Virus record (IMG/VR): IMGVR_UViG_3300005096_000516
Location: 1-27,127 of that record
Reading direction: 5' to 3' (one strand)
Length of the DNA: 27,127 nt
Origin: a virus
Taxonomy: Duplodnaviria > Caudoviricetes
Below, piece after piece: positions 1 to 8,200 of this stretch (the stretch's first letter is position 1; every line of letters begins with the position of its first letter). The notes beneath the pieces were generated by a model. It saw only the letters and a program-made list of their open reading frames with translations, was not told the DNA's origin and made no database searches. The position numbers and the translations under genes are program-made.

Positions 1-900
1 ATGCCTGGAGACATTCAGCTTATCCCACTCCCCACATGCCTCGACATGTTCCTCCTCCACCAGGAGGCCAGCCATCACACCCGGCGCACCATCGAATTCT
101 ACCGATACAACCTCTCACGCTTCCTTGCCTTCCTGGAAGATCAAGGCGTCCAACACCCACAAGCAATAACCCCCCATCACATCCGTCAATTCCTGGTCAC
201 ACTCGAGCGCAGAGGCCTCAAAGATACCACCGTTCACAGCTTCGCCAGGCCGATTAAGACATTCCTCAACTTCCTGGTGTCGGAGGGCATCCTGGAAGCC
301 AGCCCTATGCACAAAGTCTCCATGCCCAGGCTCGAGCAACGCATCCATCCGCCGTTCAGCGAGGATGATATCCGGAAGCTGCTGGCTGCATGTGGCCAAG
401 ACTGGTATGGCTTAAGGGACAAAGCGATCATCCTCTGCCTGCTCGACACAGGGCTGCGAGCAGCTGAGTTCGTGAATCTGAACGTTGGAGACATAGACGG
501 TGATGGCACGATCACCGTACACGGTAAGGGGGGTAAGGATCGCTACGTGCACGTCGGTGCACTGGCGAGAAAGGCGCTGGTGCGGTATCTGGCGACCCGA
601 GGCCATCTGCTCCCACACGCCCCAATGTGGATTGGTCGCACAGGGAAGCGTCTCACCGTTAGCGGCCTGTTCCAGGCCATGAGGCGACGAGGCCGACAGG
701 CGGGCGTCTGGCCTGTCGGCCCCCATCGCTTCCGGCGCACATTCGCCATTTGGGCGCTCAGGAACGGCATGGATGTGCATCACCTGCGAGCCATACTGGG
801 CCATGCAGATCTGCAAATGGCCCAGCGGTATCTCGCCCTCGCAAAAGATGACCTTATAGAAGCACACCGACTGGCCAGCCCGGTTGACAACATGCGATAG
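1..900 (+). CDS. int: Tyrosine recombinase/integrase (XerC/D-like)
   Basis: 299 aa with full catalytic set: R (DTGLRAAE), K (GKGGKDR), HxxR (HRFRRTFA), H (LGH), Y (QRY); N-terminal SAM-like core-binding region (RTIEFYRYNLSRF). Confidence 0.95.
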   Translation: MPGDIQLIPLPTCLDMFLLHQEASHHTRRTIEFYRYNLSRFLAFLEDQGVQHPQAITPHHIRQFLVTLERRGLKDTTVHSFARPIKTFLNFLVSEGILEASPMHKVSMPRLEQRIHPPFSEDDIRKLLAACGQDWYGLRDKAIILCLLDTGLRAAEFVNLNVGDIDGDGTITVHGKGGKDRYVHVGALARKALVRYLATRGHLLPHAPMWIGRTGKRLTVSGLFQAMRRRGRQAGVWPVGPHRFRRTFAIWALRNGMDVHHLRAILGHADLQMAQRYLALAKDDLIEAHRLASPVDNMR

Positions 901-903
901 CGC

Positions 904-932
904 TTGACGCTATCGCACGTATGTGCTATGAT
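904..932 (+). promoter_or_regulatory. Sigma70-type promoter (rightward)
   Basis: TTGACG (904-909), 17-bp spacer, TATGAT (927-932) with extended TG. Confidence 0.7.
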
Positions 933-1015
933 CGCACAAAAGCGGCGACCGCCGGTGCGCACACACCGACGGCCGCCTGACCTCCCGCTGTTGGGGCAGC
1001 GGCGAGGCCGGCGCC

Positions 1016-1044
1016 ATCATAGCACAACACAGCCCTCATGCCAA
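1016..1044 (-). promoter_or_regulatory. Sigma70-type promoter (leftward, antisense to int)
   Basis: Minus strand TTGGCA (1044-1039), 17-bp spacer, TATGAT (1021-1016); same TGTGCTATGAT 11-mer as the rightward promoter. Confidence 0.55.
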
Positions 1045-1072
1045 AGCCCCCAGCGGTGAGACTGGGGGCTTT
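1043..1072 (+). terminator. Hairpin/terminator-like structure in front of the membrane-protein gene
   Basis: Perfect 11-bp arms AAAGCCCCCAG / CTGGGGGCTTT with 8-nt loop; T-tract is short. Confidence 0.55.
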
Positions 1073-1076
1073 CCCT

Positions 1077-1796
1077 ATGCAACGCTACAAAACCATCCAC
1101 CCCACACCCGGGGCCAACAACACAGATGGCACAGTCCTCATTGTGCCTCCCTTGACACGCGAGGCCTTCCGCCTGTTCGTGCCGCCAATTCTGATCGCCA
1201 TCGGCCTGTGGGCCGGCGGATTCGCCTCCATCGCCACGGCCGTTCTAGTGCTACCGGCCTGGACTGTGCTCTACACGATCGGCTCTTCGCTCACCCTCTC
1301 ACAGCTCGCCTATGCGCTCATGATGTATCGCCTGGAAGCCCAAAAAGAGCGCAATAGACACGAGGAAGCAATGGCCCAACTCAGCATCCAGAAGTCCGTC
1401 AGCATGGCACGGGCGCAGCTTGAGATTGAGCGACACGAGATCGCAGCCAAGGCGCTCACGGCATCGGCCACATCGCCGCTCGACGGCGGAACACTATGGG
1501 ATATATCTGAGCAGGCTCTAATCGACGCTGTGCTCGACGCTTATCGTGTCGCTGGACCAGATGGCTACTTACCCAATGACAAAGAGTGTCCGTTCGGGCG
1601 CAGAGCCCTAGGCGGCCTGTACACAGAGATCCGCTACCGGCTGGCAAACCCGGGTGAGAAATTCGGCATCGCAGGATCGCCGCCGGTCGCCACATATGAC
1701 AAGGGGTCAAAACGCTGGCATCTGAACCTCAAGGATTACCCCACAGCTGCTCAGGCACTACAGGCTCTCACCGGCAGACGCTGGCTGGCTCAGTAG
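1077..1796 (+). CDS. Hypothetical membrane protein (about 2 TM helices, coiled coil, soluble C-terminal domain); moron-like
   Basis: Long ORF (ATG 1077, alternative 1038); hydrophobic stretch LFVPPILIAIGLWAGGFASIATAVLVLPAWTVLYTIG then charged helix. Confidence 0.75.
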   Translation: MQRYKTIHPTPGANNTDGTVLIVPPLTREAFRLFVPPILIAIGLWAGGFASIATAVLVLPAWTVLYTIGSSLTLSQLAYALMMYRLEAQKERNRHEEAMAQLSIQKSVSMARAQLEIERHEIAAKALTASATSPLDGGTLWDISEQALIDAVLDAYRVAGPDGYLPNDKECPFGRRALGGLYTEIRYRLANPGEKFGIAGSPPVATYDKGSKRWHLNLKDYPTAAQALQALTGRRWLAQ

Positions 1797-1850
1797 TCCC
1801 CTACTGACAGCTAACGACTCCCTGTTAATAGTTCACTACCACCCATGGCC

Positions 1851-1887
1851 AGGGTGGTGGGGTGGCGCCACCACCACCCACCACCCT
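1851..1887. terminator. Hairpin between convergent genes (probable bidirectional terminator)
   Basis: AGGGTGGTGGG ... CCCACCACCCT 11-bp arms enclosing palindrome GTGGCGCCAC; sits between convergent stops at 1796 and 1886; no clear T-tract. Confidence 0.5.
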
Positions 1888-2188
1888 ATTCACACCTCGT
1901 ATTGAAGAACAACTGAACCACCCGGAAATCCTGCTCATTCACCTCACAGTCCGGAACATTCGGCCACAGATCGGCTGCCGGATTGTATCTGGTATCCCCA
2001 CACGTGCTGCCATACGCCATAGCAAGCGTACTGAAGTCCAGGATATCTACCCTCGCGTCACCATTCACATCGCCAACACAACAAGCTACCGTTTTCTGCC
2101 CATCCTGGCCATCCTGCGCACTGGCAGCGAACCCCATCGCCAACACAAGCACAAGAACCACCAGCAAAGAAACAAACTTCCACATCAT
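1886..2188 (-). CDS. Secreted dockerin-like (EF-hand Ca-binding) domain protein
   Basis: Signal peptide MWKFVSLLVVLVLVLAMGFAASA-Q; GDVNGDARVDILDF ... YNPAADL ... VNEQDF dockerin-type repeat pair. Confidence 0.8.
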   Translation of the reverse strand: MMWKFVSLLVVLVLVLAMGFAASAQDGQDGQKTVACCVGDVNGDARVDILDFSTLAMAYGSTCGDTRYNPAADLWPNVPDCEVNEQDFRVVQLFFNTRCE

Positions 2189-2445
2189 GCACTCCTCCTG
2201 CTCATCACACCAGACAGCACAAGCAACTGACCAGCCTCCCGGGGTGTAATCGTACCATCAGCAACCATCATCAGCGCCAACTGCGGTCGACTTCCAGCCC
2301 CTGTTTTTCTGTACACAGCCGACATCGTGTTGTGTACTGTGCTGGCAGACACACCCAGACGCAGAGCAATCTCCAGATCGGTCAACCCGCACACGGCCAG
2401 AAGCGCAACCTCGAGCTCCCGTTCCGACAACAAATCGCCAACCAT
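2185..2445 (-). CDS. Stand-alone LuxR/GerE-family HTH regulator
   Basis: LSERELEVALLAVCGLTDLEIALRLGVSASTVHNTMSAVYRKTGAGSRPQL matches the LuxR HTH pattern; likely start ATG 2445, 2 nt after the upstream stop. Confidence 0.85.
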   Translation of the reverse strand: MVGDLLSERELEVALLAVCGLTDLEIALRLGVSASTVHNTMSAVYRKTGAGSRPQLALMMVADGTITPREAGQLLVLSGVMSRRSA

Positions 2446-2447
2446 CG

Positions 2448-2639
2448 TTAATCTATGGGCACAATCTCCACCCTTGGCTCTATCGTTCCCGGTCTCAGAA
2501 TCACATATACTTCCATGCGGCATCGCTCCTCGTTCAACACCTCTTGGATCTTCTCCAGGCAACGCCGCGCCCGGGACTGCCTTTCTTGCTCCAACAGTGC
2601 TCTCGCCTCTTCAGGAGCAAGCGTGCCGTTCCTTCCCAT
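2448..2639 (-). CDS. Small hypothetical protein following tail fibre (possible fibre chaperone)
   Basis: 63 aa ORF with SD-like GAGGTGAG, tightly packed in the operon. Confidence 0.65.
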   Translation of the reverse strand: MGRNGTLAPEEARALLEQERQSRARRCLEKIQEVLNEERCRMEVYVILRPGTIEPRVEIVPID

Positions 2640-2647
2640 CTCTCACC

Positions 2648-5191
2648 TCACGGTTGCGTCGCTAGCGTCGTGACAGATCCATCGTCCCAAATGACGCACA
2701 ATTGTGTCTTGCCAGTACCATCATCACGTGCGAATAGTCGCAGTGCATCCGCTGGGGATGCAGATGGCGTCGTCATTTCCCTTAGCACGAGATCGCCGTT
2801 AAGGTCAAATTTACCGGCTGGAGATGTAGTATCGGCACCGATATCTCCCGCAGATGTAATAGTCAATCGATCAGAGCCCAGGTTGAAATCGCGTATTTTC
2901 AGACTATCATTGTCAGCACCGTCTACGACAAAACCCCACTTCCGAGCATCATTTTCAATCCGGATTGATGGAGATTTATCAACTCCCGTCGTCGACACTG
3001 TGATATATGTTGAGTATGCGCTTGTGAATATTGCGTTTTGAGCCAACCCTCCGCTATTAACCTCTAATATCACTGTTGGAGCTGTGTTTATTCCAACTCT
3101 ACCGGCCGAATCAATCCGCACCCTCTCCGCCCCGGCCGTGTAGAAGAACATGGCGTCTGATGCATTGGAGTATTGAATCCGCCCCATGTCTGCATTGTCG
3201 GTATCACCAAATTTGTAAACGAGTGATCCGACGGTTGATCCGATGAACTGGACAACCGCGCTACCGGCCGTGTTGGTGATGAGCAAGACGCCGTTCGTTG
3301 TATCCAAACCAGCCGTTGGGGCCGTATAGCTCTTTGAGATGTGAGCTAGCATGACGGGCGATCCAATACCCACCCCCCATCTGCCGTTTGCATCTACAGC
3401 AGCCAATACGGTTCCCGCGCTATCCTGCCACTCCTGCAGATTCGCCGTCTGACTCGCAGCCCCTTTGACCGTGAGCGGCACGTCGGTCGCATCATTCGCT
3501 ACAGCGAGCGATTGTCCGTATAGAGTAATGTTGCTGTCAACGCCAGAGTCACCAATTGCAAGCGAGATCCCGCTACTGCTCGCCGACGTTACATTGAGAA
3601 TGTAATTTCCCTGAACTTGCCAGCTACCATTAACGCCCAGTTGGGCATAGGTGGCACCTGTCGAGTCGAGCGTGCTCAGATAAATCGTGCCGGTATATGG
3701 GCTTGCCACGGGCTCCGCCTGGATATACAGCACGACCGTGTCAAAGAAGCGCTTCGCCTTCATGTAGGCCAGCACAGAGTTCGTGGAGTGCTCCACGAAC
3801 TCCACGCCGTTCGCCTGCGCTGCACTGAACACCACCTGATAGCCCGTCTCTGACAGCGCTCGCACACCTCCAGCAGCCGGCGGCAAATCATAGGCCACAC
3901 CGGCCCCGCCACCACCACCCGTCCCGCCAGCCCCGCCTGTACCGGCTCGCCCGGACACCACACCCGCCAGAACCTGCCCAATGCCGGGACTCCGGTCACC
4001 AAACCGTATCTCATACGCCAGGTTACCCTCAATCATCCGGGTGACCACATCCGTAATCAAAAACGATCCGCTCACCCCGGCCACAGAGTTGACGATGCTC
4101 ACGTACTGCCCCGGCTCCAGACCCTGCTCCAGCGTGACCAGCCGGCCGCTATACCGACTATCTGCATACTGCGCCAGCAGCGCATCCGCCAAAGCTTCCG
4201 CCTTCGTCTGGCTCGTAATCGTCTTATCCTCCACGATGTAGTCGAACCAGCGCCCAAACTTCGTGTAACTCGACGAATCGCTCCGCTGCGCCGTCACATG
4301 CACATCGTACGTATACACCACCTCAATGTTGCTCGTCCCAGCCGCTGGTGCTGTCGCAAACCGCAACACCCCATCCACGTAATTCACATACACGTCGTAT
4401 CCGGACGAATCCACAAAATCCGTCCCAACAGATTGCGCCGCGCCATCCACCTCCACGCTCACCACCGACCGCACCGGCCGATTCGTGAGCCTGAACATCG
4501 TCGTCGTTCCATCACCGCTGAAACTCTCCGTAACCGGATCGCTTGCCCTGATCCCTCCTCGCACCGTGATCCGGTTGCGAATATCGCTGGCGTCCTCCTC
4601 GAACTGCCACGAATCCTCCAGATAACCAAACGTCGTCACATTGTCCGGGCTGTCGCTCAGCCCAAACGGAGCCGCCGTCGCCGACTCGCCGTGGTAGTGC
4701 ACGTCCTTGTTCGGATCCACATACCACACATACCCAGTGAGATCGGCGATCTTCTGCATCGCCTCGTAGAGCGTGACGTTATTAAAGCTCACGCTCTCGA
4801 TCGTGCCCGAGGACGCCACGCTCGTCGTCGTGAACCCCTCAGCCCCCAGATACGTGCTGATGAGATCCTGGATGATCGCCTGATCCGTTTGGTTCAGATA
4901 ATGCTCGTCCACGAGCTTCGTGCGGAACAGTAGCGAATAATCCTCGCACTCCGCCACATAAATCGTCCCCGTGCCCGCCACGATATCCCGCTTCACACTG
5001 ACAATGTACCCGGCGAACAACTTCGTTGTCCCATCCTGGATCACAATCTCCTGCCACGCCGACGGCGTGAAGCCATAAAACTCCAGCCGGCACGAATCCG
5101 TAACCTCCCCCAGCGTCCGCCGGATCTCCAGGCTCTCATAAACCACATTCGCCGTGCGGTCGACACCACCAACCGTCACCGTCAACGCCAT
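2648..5191 (-). CDS. Tail tip/baseplate hub protein fused to fibre/receptor-binding region
   Basis: Directly follows tape measure; hub-like N-terminal ~410 aa (TGYVWYVDPNKDVHY, IRNRITVRGG, LEPGQYVSI), Gly-rich linker, then fibre motifs (ERVRIDSAGRVGINT, RLTITSAGDIG). Confidence 0.85.
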   Translation of the reverse strand: MALTVTVGGVDRTANVVYESLEIRRTLGEVTDSCRLEFYGFTPSAWQEIVIQDGTTKLFAGYIVSVKRDIVAGTGTIYVAECEDYSLLFRTKLVDEHYLNQTDQAIIQDLISTYLGAEGFTTTSVASSGTIESVSFNNVTLYEAMQKIADLTGYVWYVDPNKDVHYHGESATAAPFGLSDSPDNVTTFGYLEDSWQFEEDASDIRNRITVRGGIRASDPVTESFSGDGTTTMFRLTNRPVRSVVSVEVDGAAQSVGTDFVDSSGYDVYVNYVDGVLRFATAPAAGTSNIEVVYTYDVHVTAQRSDSSSYTKFGRWFDYIVEDKTITSQTKAEALADALLAQYADSRYSGRLVTLEQGLEPGQYVSIVNSVAGVSGSFLITDVVTRMIEGNLAYEIRFGDRSPGIGQVLAGVVSGRAGTGGAGGTGGGGGAGVAYDLPPAAGGVRALSETGYQVVFSAAQANGVEFVEHSTNSVLAYMKAKRFFDTVVLYIQAEPVASPYTGTIYLSTLDSTGATYAQLGVNGSWQVQGNYILNVTSASSSGISLAIGDSGVDSNITLYGQSLAVANDATDVPLTVKGAASQTANLQEWQDSAGTVLAAVDANGRWGVGIGSPVMLAHISKSYTAPTAGLDTTNGVLLITNTAGSAVVQFIGSTVGSLVYKFGDTDNADMGRIQYSNASDAMFFYTAGAERVRIDSAGRVGINTAPTVILEVNSGGLAQNAIFTSAYSTYITVSTTGVDKSPSIRIENDARKWGFVVDGADNDSLKIRDFNLGSDRLTITSAGDIGADTTSPAGKFDLNGDLVLREMTTPSASPADALRLFARDDGTGKTQLCVIWDDGSVTTLATQP

Positions 5192-5200
5192 CGCCTCGCG

Positions 5201-5228
5201 CTCCCCGCTACCTGCTCCCTGCTATCGG
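5201..5228. repeat. Degenerate heptamer tandem repeat (4 units)
   Basis: CTCCCCG CTACCTG CTCCCTG CTATCGG in the TMP/hub spacer. Confidence 0.5.
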
Positions 5229-5232
5229 CGGC

Positions 5233-8200
5233 TTACCGCAACCTCACCCCTGCCTGCACCATCTCTCTCACGATCGCCCTCGCCAACGCCTCGGCGCTAT
5301 CCCGATCGCCGCCCTGGACGTGAACATCCACGTTGTACACATTCCCACCGTATCCGCCGCCGGCCAGCGCAAACGCGGGCATTCCGCTTCCAGGCATCAG
5401 ATCACGCAACGCCTGGCTGGCAGCCCCCATGCGCTGCCTGATGCCCAGCGCCAGCCCCTCCGGAAGCGCCCGGCCTATCTCTACAAACACCCTGGACGGC
5501 GACGACACACCCAACTCATGCTGCGCCATCTTGGCTGCCTCCCGGGCCATTATCGCCGCCTCATTCGTGACCTCGTCAAGAGCATCGCTCATTCCCGTGG
5601 CCAATCCTTGCCCAATCGCCTGGCCAGCCTGCTGGGCGATCTGCGCCACTGACCCAGGCACTGATGGATACAGGGCAAAGTCCGCCAATCCACGGGCCAA
5701 ACCTCTCATCATCGCCGCCCCGGCTTCGTAGAATGAAGCAGCCTGATCCCCCAGCGCATCTGCAAACGCCCTGAATAGATCCAACACGGCCTGCATAAAC
5801 GCCTGGATCTGATCCAACGTTGGCATCGTCGTACCACCAAGATCGGACAGGAAGCTCAGCGCAGCCTGGAACCCGCCCACGATCCGCTGTAAGACATCGG
5901 AGAAATTGGCCACCAACTCCGCCGCCTGCGGATCCAACGTATTGATAATCCAATCCCGCCAGGAGTTGATCGCACGCAACAGCGCCAGATTGAACGCCTG
6001 CAACTGCCTGTCGAAAGCGCTTCCCACCACACCACCATTCGGCCCGGCCAACCAGCCGGCCAAATTCGTATCCATCAGATCCTGGAAAAGTCGCAGCATA
6101 TCCCCCAACCCGCTCGCCAACGACCCCAGCGCCTCCCCAAAGGCGCCTACCGTATCCAAAACCTCATTACTCAACTGCGTAACCACAAACTGATACGCCC
6201 TGGCCACCACCTGGCGCACACCATCCATGAACGCAGCAATCGCCGCCTCGCTGGGAGCAACATACGTCACCAGACCACGCAACAGATCCAGCGTGCTCCC
6301 CAAACCATCCGCCAGCGAACCAATTGCCCCTCCCCACTGCTCCATCAGATCCGTAGACATTCGCTGGAACTGAGACAGAATCCAATTACGGAACGCAAAC
6401 ATCAATCCCTGCACATCCCTCATGAACCTCCGGATATTCCCAGTTCCACGAACATTCACATACTCATGCAGACCACCCAACAGATCCAGTGCACTCCCAA
6501 GTCCACCCGCAAGAGACCCTATGGCCCCACCCCACGCGTCGATCAACTCCGTGGACAGGCGAGGGAACTGCTGCAAAACCCAATTCCTGATCGCAAACAC
6601 CAATCCCTGCACATCCCTCATGAACCTACGAATGTTCCCTGTCCCACGGACATTCACATACTCGTGCAATCCGCCAAGCAAATCGAGGGCACTTCCCAAG
6701 CCATCCGCCAGCGAACCGATCGCATTCCCCCAGGCATCGATCAGACTCGTGGACAGATGCGGGAACTGCCGCAAAACCCAATTCCTGATCGCAAACACCA
6801 CCCCCTGCACATCCCTCATGAACCTACGAATGTTCCCCGTACCTCGGACGTTCACATAGAATCGAAGCCTACCCAGCAGATCCAGCGCATCCCCAAGCCC
6901 ACTCACCATATCACCCACAGCAGCCATAAACTTCCTGGACGCGGCAAGCCCCATCTCACTGAAATCTCGCGCCATTGCGGACACGGCATCGATCAACCAT
7001 CCAGCAAACTCCACGATCTCACGAGTCGTACGACGCACATACGTAGGCGCACGGAACCGCCTCAGATCGTCCAGATATGACACCACACCACCGATCGCAT
7101 CTACCACCTTTGGCACGGCCTCTATCAGAATCCTCGCCTTCTTCAACCCATCGCCCACATACGCATCCGCAGTTTCCACCACAAGATCCATCATCCTCAT
7201 CGCCGCCTCAAACACTTCCCTCGCCCGCCGGTACCATCCGGGAGACAACCGCCAGCGACGAAGCGCATCCTGCATGCCCACAAGGTTATCAACGGCCTTA
7301 TCAAGAGCCTCTACGATTTCACTGAATGCACTCACATCATCAGTAGAGGATACCTTCAACGACACGCTGAGTGCATCTCGAACCCTCTTTGCCCCCCTCT
7401 TGATCCCAATCGCAAATCCAAGCATCGTGTTCTCGCCAATCTCTATGAAAACTCTTGATGGCGAGTGCATACCCAACGCCGCCTTAGCTGCACTGATCGC
7501 ACTAGAGACGACCCCCTTGGCTGCAGACGCTAACGCCGCTGCTTTACTCTTTACACCGCTGATCATGCTGTCAATCAATGCAGCACCTACCCCATGTAAG
7601 CTAAAATTGCTAATGGCGGACCTAACGTTGTACAGCATCTGGCGCACAGTCGCCAGAAGATTGTCCATCTTGATCTTGGCCGCATCATACATCTCCTGGA
7701 ACTTCTGTCCTGCCTCACCAGGAAGATCGGCGAACGTGTTGACGATTGCCTGAAACAGACTGGTGATGATAGCTGTTTCCATCTTCAGGAAATTGCCGAG
7801 AATTGCGATCGCTCCATCAGCCATCGCTTTAATCGCCTGCTTTGCATGCTCTAAAGCGACACTGTAATCTCCTTCGATCAGAGCCTTGATCGCGGCTACC
7901 ACCTCCTCAAACACAGTACGCAGCGTAGTAAAGAAGACCGTGGCAGACCGTACCACCGATCCGACAACTGTTGGCACGGCCCCCATAATCGCCGCTAGTG
8001 TCTCGCCAAACAGCTTCACTGCTATCACCAGGGTAGTACCTAGCAGCTTTGCCAACGGTTCTAGGACAGGTCTGGCAGCCTCCCATAACGCCTGGAACTC
8101 TGGCCCCATCTTCGCAAACTCGGCGATCATATCCTGAAACGCCGTAATGATCCGATCAACCGTGGGGCCGAAATACTCCGCCAGTAGCCCCCATACCTCC

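Noticed and set aside
935-1015. tRNA or tRNA-derived att core
   Set aside because: Stems are present but there is no T-loop GTTC motif, acceptor stem or CCA
2446-2562. N-terminal 39 aa of the LuxR ORF as a sensor domain
   Set aside because: Overlaps the upstream gene in another frame; ATG 2445 fits operon packing
2648-6900. Diversity-generating retroelement (TR/VR) involving the fibre or TMP repeats
   Set aside because: No reverse transcriptase in the window, no second copy of the fibre C-terminus seen, and TMP repeats are tandem in-frame with differences not confined to adenines
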